Part shown: positions 17,672 through 25,852 of the stretch, piece after piece
Layout of the letters: every line of letters starts with the position of its first letter
Position numbering within the stretch: position 1 is the stretch's first letter
Source of the DNA: Erysipelothrix larvae
GTDB lineage: Bacteria; Bacillota_I; Bacilli_A; Erysipelotrichales; Erysipelotrichaceae
DNA: 32,000 nt
Reading direction: 5' to 3'
NCBI RefSeq assembly: GCF_001545095.1
Contig: NZ_CP013213.1
Coordinates: forward strand, 600,001 to 632,000
The notes under the pieces: model-generated
What the model saw: only the letters and a program-made list of their open reading frames with translations
What the model was told of the DNA's origin: nothing
Database searches by the model: none
Program-made: the position numbers and the translations under genes

Positions 17672-18516
17672 GAACATCAAAACAACTAAAAGGTTATTTA
17701 AGAAATTTAGCAAAGGAGAAGAATATCTCTGCTCAGGAATTACTACAGATATTCATGTTTGAAAGACTAATTGAAAGATTATCATTGTCTGAATATCGTA
17801 ACCATATTGTGCTAAAGGGCGGACTACTCGTTGCATCACTGATTGGTATTGATGAGCGAACAACAATGGATATGGATACAACAATTGTTGGATATCCAGT
17901 AACTGAGGAGTCAATGGAAACATTGATTGAAGATATTATTAAAGTCGAACTAGACGATGGAATTCAGTTTGAATTTCTTGGTTTGAACCCAATAAGAAAG
18001 AATGACGATTACAGCAACTATACAATCAAACTTGAAGCAACATATGAAGAAATACGTGTACCTTTAAAGATTGATGTTACAACAGGCGATGCAATTACGC
18101 CAAGAGAAATAGCATATGATTATTATCTTTCATTTGAAGGAAGAACAGTTTCTATATATTCCTATCCAATTGAAACTGTGTTGGCAGAAAAACTAGAAAC
18201 AATTTTGAGTAGAAATGTTACCAATACCAGAGCACGAGATTTTTATGACATCTATCTTCTTTATAATACACAATGGGAAAAGGTAGATATTAGTGATCTT
18301 AAAGAGGCTTTGATTGCGACTGGAACAAATAGAGATTCCTTGGATGAGATTGATGCTTATTCGGAAATAATAGAAGATATATCAACTTCAAGAACTATCA
18401 TTACATCATGGGAAAGATATCAGAGTGAAAATGCATATGCACGAGAAATAGAACTTAAAAATATACTCATAGTTATTAGTAATATCTTAGAATTACTTAA
18501 CTTAGATGATAAATGA
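17668..18516 (+). CDS. abiEii: AbiEii/AbiGii-family nucleotidyltransferase toxin
   Basis: 282 aa. FMFERLIERLSLSEYRNHIVLKGGLLVASLIG...TTMDMDTTI gives the NTase hG[GS]...D-x-D motif and the family N-terminal pattern. Confidence 0.85.
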   Translation: MRTSKQLKGYLRNLAKEKNISAQELLQIFMFERLIERLSLSEYRNHIVLKGGLLVASLIGIDERTTMDMDTTIVGYPVTEESMETLIEDIIKVELDDGIQFEFLGLNPIRKNDDYSNYTIKLEATYEEIRVPLKIDVTTGDAITPREIAYDYYLSFEGRTVSIYSYPIETVLAEKLETILSRNVTNTRARDFYDIYLLYNTQWEKVDISDLKEALIATGTNRDSLDEIDAYSEIIEDISTSRTIITSWERYQSENAYAREIELKNILIVISNILELLNLDDK

Positions 18517-18656
18517 TTTTAATAATTCTTTACATGTAATTGTAAAGTACGACTGTTTATGTTTAAAGATATCCGGAATTTTTCCCTTAGTTTCTTCATT
18601 GACTTTTCCGATTAACTGTAGACCGTCAGTTAATAACAACATTAATCAGCACTAAA

Positions 18657-18709
18657 AAAGCGAATTAATCCAATACACTTAGTTAAGGTGTTGGGTCAAT
18701 TCGCTTTTT
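18657..18709. terminator. Long imperfect hairpin flanked by A-run and T-run (bidirectional terminator candidate)
   Basis: aaagcgaatt...aattcgcttt 10-bp outer stem with an inner ccaatacac/gtgttgg helix, and TTTTT 3'. Confidence 0.5.
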
Positions 18710-18918
18710 ATGTATGCAAATTATTCCAATAGAGAATACAAAATGCTTAATTCCTACTATGATTATTTTGTGAGTATATATAGAAGAACAAGCCATATGA
18801 ATTAAGACCTAATAAAGAAAATTATCGAAGACAAATCATTAAATTTAGAATTAAAAGAGAGAAAATCTCGTAACTATCTTCACAAATGAAAGAGATAAGT
18901 TCTATGCTAAGAAGGGAT

Positions 18919-19767
18919 CTATTTGCTGTCCTTATTGTGGTGGTCGTCATGACTCACTACACGCTCATATAGATCATCGTGTATAGATACATCGTGTTTC
19001 TGATTATGAATAGAATTTCCGGCATAGTTCATTTGTGGTTCTTCAAGCTTAAATTCAAAAGTCTCCCAATCCACAATTCCTAATGTTTTCTCACTATCAT
19101 ATAGGTGCAATAAGAAATCCGCCATTTGTTCACTTGTATGATACTGCCCAAATTTTTTATCATAATCATAGTCTTGCGTGTTGTTTGCTAACTTGCCAAA
19201 TTCTGTTTTGGTTGCGGCAGGTGCTAATATTTTTGCTTTCAGTTTTGCGCCGCTGGCTTTTAATTCATGTGCCAGTCCTTCTGTAAATGCACTCACATAG
19301 AATTTTGTTGCACAATAAGTCGCTGCATTTGGAACAAGAACATAGCCACCACGAGAAGATAGGTTGATTAACTGAGTTCCTGAAACATCCCTATATTCAT
19401 TGACATATAATGTGGAAAGAATAGTTAATGTCTCAATATTTAGTTTCAACATATTCTCAATTTTTTCCAAATTCTGTTGTGAAACACTAGCATAATCACC
19501 AAACCCCGCATTATTAATCCATGTTTCAATCGAATAGCTTCTTAATTCCTCATATAGAGAATAGGCAGTTGGAATATCAGACAAATCACAGCTTTTTGTG
19601 ATAACTTCGATTCCCGAAAAGGAATCTTCAATTTCTTTCTTCACTTCTTCTAGCCGATTTTTCCTCCGAGCAACTAAAATTAAATTTTTTCCTCGTTTAG
19701 CAAAAGCCTTAGCAGTTGCGTAACCAATGCCAGAGCTTGCGCCTGTAATAACAACAAATTTTTTCAT
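18919..19767 (-). CDS. Short-chain dehydrogenase/reductase (classical SDR) with a His/Asp-rich C-terminal tail
   Basis: TGASSGIG, NNAG, S...YCATK. There are about 30 extra residues at the end (...HDDLYERVVSHDDHHNKDSK). Confidence 0.85.
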   Translation of the reverse strand: MKKFVVITGASSGIGYATAKAFAKRGKNLILVARRKNRLEEVKKEIEDSFSGIEVITKSCDLSDIPTAYSLYEELRSYSIETWINNAGFGDYASVSQQNLEKIENMLKLNIETLTILSTLYVNEYRDVSGTQLINLSSRGGYVLVPNAATYCATKFYVSAFTEGLAHELKASGAKLKAKILAPAATKTEFGKLANNTQDYDYDKKFGQYHTSEQMADFLLHLYDSEKTLGIVDWETFEFKLEEPQMNYAGNSIHNQKHDVSIHDDLYERVVSHDDHHNKDSK

Positions 19768-19799
19768 AGAAATTGCCTCCTTAGATTGTTTCTTATTTC

Positions 19800-19830
19800 A
19801 TCTTACAATCTGGAGTTTACTCCATGTCAA
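19800..19830 (-). promoter_or_regulatory. MerR-type promoter of the SDR gene (19-bp spacer containing the operator palindrome)
   Basis: Minus strand reads TTGACA-TGGAGTAAACTCCAGATTG-TAAGAT. The TGGAGT-nn-ACTCCA dyad lies inside a 19-bp spacer. Confidence 0.6.
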
Positions 19831-19849
19831 GCTTTGTTAAAATAATTAA

Positions 19850-20224
19850 TCATAAAGCTTCCTTTTTGTCTGCCAACATCCGTTTATAGGTATCAATTTT
19901 TTGGTTTAGGAACTGAATATTAGCATCAATTTCTCTTTTTTTGACTTCAAGAATATCAGATTGCTTATACAGCAATTGCATTCTGTCTTCAATCGTTTCA
20001 TCCCCTTGATCACGTAAGTTTGCATAGTGCTGGATGTCTTTGATTGGCATACCAATCTGCTTTAATCTCATGATAAATTCGATCCAAGCAACATCCGATT
20101 CGCTGTAAACTCTACGATTACTCTCATTTCGTTTGGGTAAAATCAACTTTTCCTTTTCATAATAACGTAGGGTATCAATCGAAAGGTTTACTTTTTTAGA
20201 AAATGCTCCAATACTATAATTCAT
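19850..20224 (-). CDS. MerR-family transcriptional regulator
   Basis: MNYSIGAFSKKVNLSIDTLRYYEKEKLI...RRVYSESDV plus a coiled-coil C-terminus. Start moved to the ATG at 20224 (RBS GGAGA), because the longer track ORF would run through the divergent promoter. Confidence 0.85.
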   Translation of the reverse strand: MNYSIGAFSKKVNLSIDTLRYYEKEKLILPKRNESNRRVYSESDVAWIEFIMRLKQIGMPIKDIQHYANLRDQGDETIEDRMQLLYKQSDILEVKKREIDANIQFLNQKIDTYKRMLADKKEAL

Positions 20225-20256
20225 AAGGTTCTCCATTTCATTTTTAATTTTCATGA

Positions 20257-20287
20257 TTGACATGGAGTTAACTCCATAATATATCCT
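20257..20287 (+). promoter_or_regulatory. MerR-type promoter of the nitroreductase gene, divergent from merR
   Basis: TTGACA-TGGAGTTAACTCCATAATA-TATCCT. The dyad ATGGAGTTAACTCCAT is a perfect 16-bp palindrome and the spacer is 19 bp. A minus-strand TATAAT (20297-20292) would place the dyad just downstream of the merR transcription start. Confidence 0.6.
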
Positions 20288-20316
20288 TTAAATTATACTA
20301 TAAAAAGGAGAAAAAA

Positions 20317-21042
20317 ATGAATGAAACAATAAAATTAATGACAGGACATCATTCCCACCGAAAATTCTTAAGACACTTTGTTATTCCTACGCATGAAGTC
20401 GAAGCAATCATAGCCTCAGCGAAACAAGCACCGAGTTTCGAAAATGGACAATTTTATAGTATGATTCGCTTAACCGATTCAAAACTTAAACAAAAGCTTG
20501 TTGAATTAAATCCAAATAACCCTCAAATAAAGGAATGTTCAGAGGCAATTCTATTTATTGCTGACTTATATCGAACGAGTATCGTAAGTGCTGAAAATGG
20601 TTCAGTTTATGATGTTACTGATAATCATGATGCCTTATTGACTGCTGTCTCAGATGCTACATTGGCGTGTGAAAATGCTCTAGTTGCAGCAGAAAGTCTT
20701 GGCTATGGAACTGTAATTGTTGGCGGGATCCGCCGAAATGGTTTGGATATTATTGAACTGTGCAAACTCCCTCAATATACCGTTCCATTATTCATTCTTT
20801 GCATCGGTAAAGCAACAGATTCAACGAAAATCAAACCTCGCCTGCCAAAAAATATTACCCTTTTTGAAAATGAATACAAAAGAATTGATTATAATTCAAT
20901 GTGTCAATATGACGATACAATGAAAAAATATCGTGATACAGGAATTGATAAGCCATGGATTTCTAAATTTGTACATTACTTCAAAAAGAATAAACTGCAA
21001 GTAACGACAACCGTTTTAAGAAAACAACGTTTGATAAAATAA
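20317..21042 (+). CDS. NfsA/NfrA-like NADPH-dependent nitro/flavin reductase
   Basis: 241 aa with N-terminal HHSHRKF (the RHSxRxF-type motif) and the nitroreductase-fold pattern. RBS AAGGAG. Confidence 0.8.
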   Translation: MNETIKLMTGHHSHRKFLRHFVIPTHEVEAIIASAKQAPSFENGQFYSMIRLTDSKLKQKLVELNPNNPQIKECSEAILFIADLYRTSIVSAENGSVYDVTDNHDALLTAVSDATLACENALVAAESLGYGTVIVGGIRRNGLDIIELCKLPQYTVPLFILCIGKATDSTKIKPRLPKNITLFENEYKRIDYNSMCQYDDTMKKYRDTGIDKPWISKFVHYFKKNKLQVTTTVLRKQRLIK

Positions 21043-21429
21043 ATAACTTAGGACTGATTTACTCACAACATTGTTTATAGTTTTGTCACCAAAATTCGTA
21101 TAAGTATCTATATTAGGATCCAACTTTTCATCAGTAAGTGTTGGTAAGGCAGGTGTAAATAAGGTGCAATTAGCCTTTGAAGTGTACCCAATATGCGCTC
21201 TTAAGTTTTGCATCTTAAAATAAAACAACCCTCTAAATATGGGCATTTAAAGCTCACATTTCGAGGTTTTCTTTTTGTAAGCAACAATTGTATAATGGAC
21301 GTTAGTGAATTGTTTTTCAAAAAATATTAATTTTTGATTTACTTCGGTATTTTTTGTTAAAGGCTACCTTGAATACGTTCTCTAGAGTTTTTTATAACAT
21401 GATCGCGATAATTAAATCAATAATAGTTT

Positions 21430-21659
21430 TCATGTGCTTAAGAGCAACTGTACCCTATGAGTGATTCCCTTATTGTTCTCAGGTGAGTATAGGTTATCTA
21501 ATTTGTGTTCTAGTATATTGTAGACTACAATGGCAACAAAGAAAATCAGACAATGCGCATAAATAAGATCCTGAATTCTCAAAATAATGGTCTTGCTTTA
21601 AACTCACCTTTTGGGATGGTTGGTACCAAGTGGATTTCGACTATGCTCTTTAGCGTTCT
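21430..21659 (-). pseudogene. C-terminal remnant of a DDE transposase (IS4/IS1634/IS1182-like), frameshifted
   Basis: Minus strand reads ..IPKGEFKARPLF*. After a frameshift it reads ILRIQDLIYAHCLIFFVAIVVYNILEHKLDNLYSPENN. This matches the RPIY-x-R-x-x-x-RI-x-AH-x-LI-x-F-x-A C-terminal signature. No upstream catalytic region is present. Confidence 0.45.
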
Positions 21660-21865
21660 AATAAAGAAAAAAACGGAAAATAATGAAAAAACAATCTTAA
21701 AAAGCAGCCATTTGGTTTAATATAAAAACTTATTCTTCAAAGGGTAAAACATCCTAAAAATTGAAGTCATTGGTTGTGCTATAATTTTTCATAGGTAAAA
21801 AGCTTATGTTGTACACTATTTAGGACTAATGAGCAGGATTCATGAAAAGAAAGTTGGAAATATAG

Positions 21866-23428
21866 ATGCTGAAGAAATTTAAACGCTTTGGACTGATTAT
21901 CAGTATACTCTTGATGATGAGTGGCTGTACAAGCAAGCAAACAGTTGAAAATTCGCCGATTGATTTATTGGCTGATGCAATTGTACTTCATACCAATGAT
22001 ACACATGGATATGTGAAGGCAGATGATGAGAATGGTGTGATTGGGTTTGATACGATTGCTGCAATAAAAGAGCGTGTTGGGGACAAAGGGTTATTACTGG
22101 ATGCAGGGGATATGTCAAATGGAATCCCATTTGCTTCTAAATCAAAGGGACAATCCCCCATTGAAGTGATGAATGCAGTGGGTTATGATGGGGCGACATT
22201 GGGAAATCATGAATTTGATGTTGATGGCAATGTTGATGCGATTCTTGAAGCAGCTGATTTTCCATTTATGTCCGCAAATACACGATATAAAGAAGATGGA
22301 AGCCTCCTAACACATGCCCATCAGATTTATACGATCAATGGAGTTAACGTTGGGGTGTTTGGCTTAACGACAACAGAGTCAGCATTGAACCCTGTATCAA
22401 CCCGTGATCTTGATTTTGGAAATCAAGAATCTATCATCGAAGATGCGCAAGCTCAAGCCGATGCATTAAGCGCTCAAGGGTGCGATATCATTATTGTTTT
22501 ATCACATTTAGGGGTGAATGAAGTAGAGGGTGGTGCAACAAGCCTTGATATCGCAAAGGCATTGGGGGATAAAGTGGATGTCATTATTGATGCACATACA
22601 CATACATCACCCCTTGAAAACAAAGAAGTGAATGGTGTTCCAATTGTGAGTGCTGGTGGGGAAACTGATTCCAATGTAGGGTGGATTACATTCACTGAAA
22701 ACAGCAATGATGACTATGATGTTGAGGTTGGTTTTATTGATTATAATACTGCCCGTGAAATGTATACACCAGTGTCAAGCATAACATCACTCATCGATGA
22801 ATTGAATGGTCCAGTTGAAGCAATGGCGACAAAGGTTGTGACGCATGTTGATACACATCTTGATGGTGAACGTGAAATGATTCGAACACAAGAAACAAAT
22901 CTTGGGAACACCCTTGCGGATGCTGTATTAGCATTTACGGATGCTGATATTGCGATGTTAAACAGTGGGGGAATCCGTGCTTCAATTGATGTAGGGGATG
23001 TTACAGAACTGGAAATCTATACAACCTTTCCTTATGGCGATAGTGTGTATGTGTCAAAAGTGCTTGGAAGTGTCATCCTAGATGCTTTGGAAATCGCTGT
23101 GTCAAATTATCCGGAAGCGGAAGGAACTTTTGCGCAAGTAGCGGGGTTGGTCTTTAGTTTTAATCCATCACAAGATATTGGAAATAGAGTGACATCAGTC
23201 ACTGTGAATGGCGAAGTGCTCGATACTACCAAGGAATATGTACTTGCAACCAATGATTACTGGGCAACAGGTGGAGATGGCTATGATCTCTTTATTGAGC
23301 CTTTTAAAACACCGTATGATTATGATAAACCGCAGGAATCTGTGTACATAACGGATGTCTTTTTGTGGTATCTGAATCAAAAAGAAGGGGTAACTTCAAA
23401 CGTTGAAGGAAGAATTATAATTGAGTAA
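21866..23428 (+). CDS. Lipoprotein bifunctional metallophosphatase/5'-nucleotidase
   Basis: Lipobox LLMMSGC. Metallophosphoesterase motifs HTNDTHG, GDMSNG and GNHEFD. C-terminal 5'-nucleotidase substrate-binding domain. Confidence 0.85.
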   Translation: MLKKFKRFGLIISILLMMSGCTSKQTVENSPIDLLADAIVLHTNDTHGYVKADDENGVIGFDTIAAIKERVGDKGLLLDAGDMSNGIPFASKSKGQSPIEVMNAVGYDGATLGNHEFDVDGNVDAILEAADFPFMSANTRYKEDGSLLTHAHQIYTINGVNVGVFGLTTTESALNPVSTRDLDFGNQESIIEDAQAQADALSAQGCDIIIVLSHLGVNEVEGGATSLDIAKALGDKVDVIIDAHTHTSPLENKEVNGVPIVSAGGETDSNVGWITFTENSNDDYDVEVGFIDYNTAREMYTPVSSITSLIDELNGPVEAMATKVVTHVDTHLDGEREMIRTQETNLGNTLADAVLAFTDADIAMLNSGGIRASIDVGDVTELEIYTTFPYGDSVYVSKVLGSVILDALEIAVSNYPEAEGTFAQVAGLVFSFNPSQDIGNRVTSVTVNGEVLDTTKEYVLATNDYWATGGDGYDLFIEPFKTPYDYDKPQESVYITDVFLWYLNQKEGVTSNVEGRIIIE

Positions 23429-23440
23429 GAATTGTATGAA

Positions 23441-23462
23441 AAGAAGGTCGAAGGACCTTCTT
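23441..23462. terminator. Bidirectional terminator between convergent genes
   Basis: aagaaggtc-gaag-gaccttctt hairpin with an A-run 5' and TTTTT 3'. Confidence 0.75.
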
Positions 23463-23543
23463 TTTGACGGAAATTATCGTAGATTGCATACTGTATAAGC
23501 ATAGGAGATTTGCGCATGAAATGCTGATATTAAAATTAACATA

Positions 23544-24734
23544 TTATGGGTGTTTATATTGCATTTGTAGAAGTGCTTCAAATCGGTTGAAGACGGTTTT
23601 AAGGACTTCTTTTTGTGTCCCAAGATTTAAACGTACCCAGCCTTGTCCATGATCGACAAAGTAACTCCCAGGGACCATGGTAACGGCTGCTTTTTGAAAG
23701 AAGTTAGTGAGTGCTATCTCATCTTCAAATACATCTTCGATATTAGCCCAAATGAGAAAACTGGAATCTGCTTTCATGACCTTTGCTTTTGGCATGTGTG
23801 TTTCAAACCAGGAATAGGCAAGATTGAAGTTTTCTTCAATATAATCTCCGAGTTCATCAAGCCAGTCTTCGCTTTCATTATATGCCGCAATCAGTGCAGG
23901 AATAACAAAGACATGAGGGCTTGTTACATAGACGCGCTTTAAGTAATCTTGGAATTGTATGCGAATCTGTGGGTTTGCGATTGTAACATAGGATGATTTT
24001 AGACCGCCCAGATTGAAACCCTTATTTGGGGAAACACAAACAATGGATAAATCTTTAATGTTAGGATGTGCATTCCATAGGGAGACAAAGGTTGTTCCTT
24101 TGTGGATAATGTCACGGTGGATTTCATCGGATATGAGTAGGACATTGTATTTGAGGCAAAGTTCACTCAATTGATATAATTCTTCCTTTGTCCAAACGCG
24201 TCCACTTGGATTTTGTGGGGAGCAAAGGATGAATGCTTTGACTTGATGTTCGATAAACTGTTGTTCCATGAGTTCAAAGTCAAAGTAGTAGCGCATGTTT
24301 ACAAGCTTGAGTGGATTTTTAATGAGTCTACAGTCTCCGTGAAAAACGGCATCGGCAAATGGTGCATAGGCTGGTGTATTGATCATGACTGCATTGTGTG
24401 GACTACAAAATGTTTGTATGATGTAATGTAAAGTGCCGCATGTTCCAAAGGTGAGTTGAATCCACTCTTTCTTGAGTTCAATATTGAAACGCCGTTTATT
24501 CCAGTGAATGATAGCATCATAGTATTCATCATAGGTATAGGAATATCCAAAGTCTCCAAGCATGCTGCGCTCAATGAGTGCTTGTTTTATTGCAGGTGCA
24601 CATTCGAAATCTAAATCTGCAATATCCATTGGAATTGCATCATCACCAAGGTGGTACTTATTTTGAATGAGGTGTTTGTCCCATTTTCTTACTTTTGATT
24701 GTCTTCGGTCTATTTTTTTATTAAAATCGGTCAT
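23544..24734 (-). CDS. PatB/MalY-family PLP-dependent C-S lyase (class I/II aminotransferase fold)
   Basis: 396 aa. N-terminal F-x-x-x-IDRRQSKVRKWD and PLP-lysine context SPNKGFNLGGLK. Start overlaps the upstream stop (ATGA). Confidence 0.85.
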   Translation of the reverse strand: MTDFNKKIDRRQSKVRKWDKHLIQNKYHLGDDAIPMDIADLDFECAPAIKQALIERSMLGDFGYSYTYDEYYDAIIHWNKRRFNIELKKEWIQLTFGTCGTLHYIIQTFCSPHNAVMINTPAYAPFADAVFHGDCRLIKNPLKLVNMRYYFDFELMEQQFIEHQVKAFILCSPQNPSGRVWTKEELYQLSELCLKYNVLLISDEIHRDIIHKGTTFVSLWNAHPNIKDLSIVCVSPNKGFNLGGLKSSYVTIANPQIRIQFQDYLKRVYVTSPHVFVIPALIAAYNESEDWLDELGDYIEENFNLAYSWFETHMPKAKVMKADSSFLIWANIEDVFEDEIALTNFFQKAAVTMVPGSYFVDHGQGWVRLNLGTQKEVLKTVFNRFEALLQMQYKHP

Positions 24735-25807
24735 TGGTTGTCTCCTTCAATTATGATCAGTGTTTTGGGGGTTTTATTTAGGACGACTGCTTTCCCGTTT
24801 GAAATGAGGACATCATCTTCAATGCGTACCCCACCCAATCCTTCGATGTAAATGCCTGGTTCACATGACATGATCATGTTATCCTCTAGAATCATTTGCG
24901 AGGATTGGTTTAGGAGCGGGAAATCTCCTGAACCCATGCCAAGTCCGTGTCCAAGTCCATGTGTAAAATAAAGACCATATCCTTCTTTTTCTATGAATGC
25001 ACGCACCGTTGCATCAACGCTTTGTCCGGTTATACCAGCTTGTATCGTATCAATACCAAGTTGTTGGGCTTTTTGTACTGTTTCGTAAATTTTAAGCATT
25101 TCTTGAGAAGGGGTTTGAATGCTGATGGTACGGGTCATGTCAGATTGGTAATTGTTAAGGGTAATTCCAAAGTCGAGGGTTACCATTTCGCCTTTTTGGA
25201 TTGTCTTTTGAGTTGGGCGTCCATGAGGGAATGCACCGCGTTCTCCAGATACAACGATTGGGTCAAAGGCCATGCTTTGTGCTCCATGTTTTAGGCTATA
25301 GTAGTGAATCAAGGCTGAAATTTCCAGTTCGCTCATTCCAACGCGGATTTTGTTTAGAACATCATTAAAGATTTTATCGGTCATTTCGCAGGCGCGTTTT
25401 ACACTTGCAATCTCTGAGTCATCTTTGATTCTCCGAATTATTTCGAGTTCATCATCAAGTGGGATTACATTTAATCCTGCTGTCAACATTTTGTTTAAGT
25501 CAGTTGCACTTAGGTTTTTTCCTTCTACAGCAAGTGTCTCGTTTGTGCTTAGGATTCGTTTTAACACGTCAACATAGGCCTCTCCTTGTTGGTGGACAAT
25601 GATGTCAAAGGTTTCTTTTAAATGTTTGGCTTCATTGATATATCGTCCATCCATAATGAGGGTCCATTTATCTTTGTGGTAAAGGACTTTGACACCACTT
25701 CCTCCCAATGCACCGACGTAGAGTTTGTTGACTTTGCCGGTAATGAGGAGTGCTTGCGCTCCACTTTGTTTGATGATGGTTTCAATTTTCTTTCGTCTGT
25801 TTATCAT
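24731..25807 (-). CDS. M24B Xaa-Pro aminopeptidase/dipeptidase
   Basis: 358 aa with HGLGHGLG, CEPGIY and VRIEDDV metal-ligand motifs. RBS AGGAGG. Confidence 0.85.
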   Translation of the reverse strand: MINRRKKIETIIKQSGAQALLITGKVNKLYVGALGGSGVKVLYHKDKWTLIMDGRYINEAKHLKETFDIIVHQQGEAYVDVLKRILSTNETLAVEGKNLSATDLNKMLTAGLNVIPLDDELEIIRRIKDDSEIASVKRACEMTDKIFNDVLNKIRVGMSELEISALIHYYSLKHGAQSMAFDPIVVSGERGAFPHGRPTQKTIQKGEMVTLDFGITLNNYQSDMTRTISIQTPSQEMLKIYETVQKAQQLGIDTIQAGITGQSVDATVRAFIEKEGYGLYFTHGLGHGLGMGSGDFPLLNQSSQMILEDNMIMSCEPGIYIEGLGGVRIEDDVLISNGKAVVLNKTPKTLIIIEGDNQ

Positions 25808-25825
25808 AGGTCCTCCTAAATATTG

Positions 25826-25850
25826 AAAGACGCTAACACGTAGCGTCTTT
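25826..25850 (-). other. Perfect 10-bp stem-loop between the PTS IIC and M24B genes (attenuator, weak terminator or RNA-stability element)
   Basis: aaagacgcta-acacg-tagcgtcttt. On the minus strand it is followed only by an interrupted U tract (CUUUCAAUAUUU), then the AGGAGG RBS. Confidence 0.45.
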
Positions 25851-25852
25851 TA

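Larger units (their letters stand above)
16711..21700. mobile_element. Degraded genomic islet inserted at the 3' end of guaA (right boundary uncertain)
   Basis: Integrase fragment at the left edge and IS transposase fragment at 21430-21659. Cargo is AbiE and a MerR/SDR/nitroreductase module. There are long AT-rich non-coding stretches (16.9-17.07, 18.5-18.9, 21.05-21.86 kb). Confidence 0.45.

Noticed and set aside
18534-18680. 46-codon minus-strand ORF convergent with and overlapping the abiEii 3' end
   Set aside because: No RBS, a stop two codons upstream of the ATG, and no recognisable motif. At best it is a remnant.
18886-18972. 28-codon hydrophobic ORF (MKEISSMLRRDLFAVLIVVVVMTHYTLI) resembling a type I toxin, antisense to the SDR 3' end
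   Set aside because: It has no convincing RBS or promoter. The Val/Met run is simply the complement of the His/Asp-rich codons of the SDR tail, so this is a composition artefact.
21016-21246. 76-aa minus-strand ORF overlapping the nitroreductase 3' end
   Set aside because: No RBS, no recognisable family, and it overlaps a well-supported gene. It may be a remnant of islet cargo, but I cannot support that.
16656-21860. Direct repeats (attL/attR) duplicating the guaA 3' end at the far side of the islet
   Set aside because: By eye, only a 9-nt AAAGGGTA-type coincidence was found, with no convincing repeat. The boundary therefore remains uncertain.
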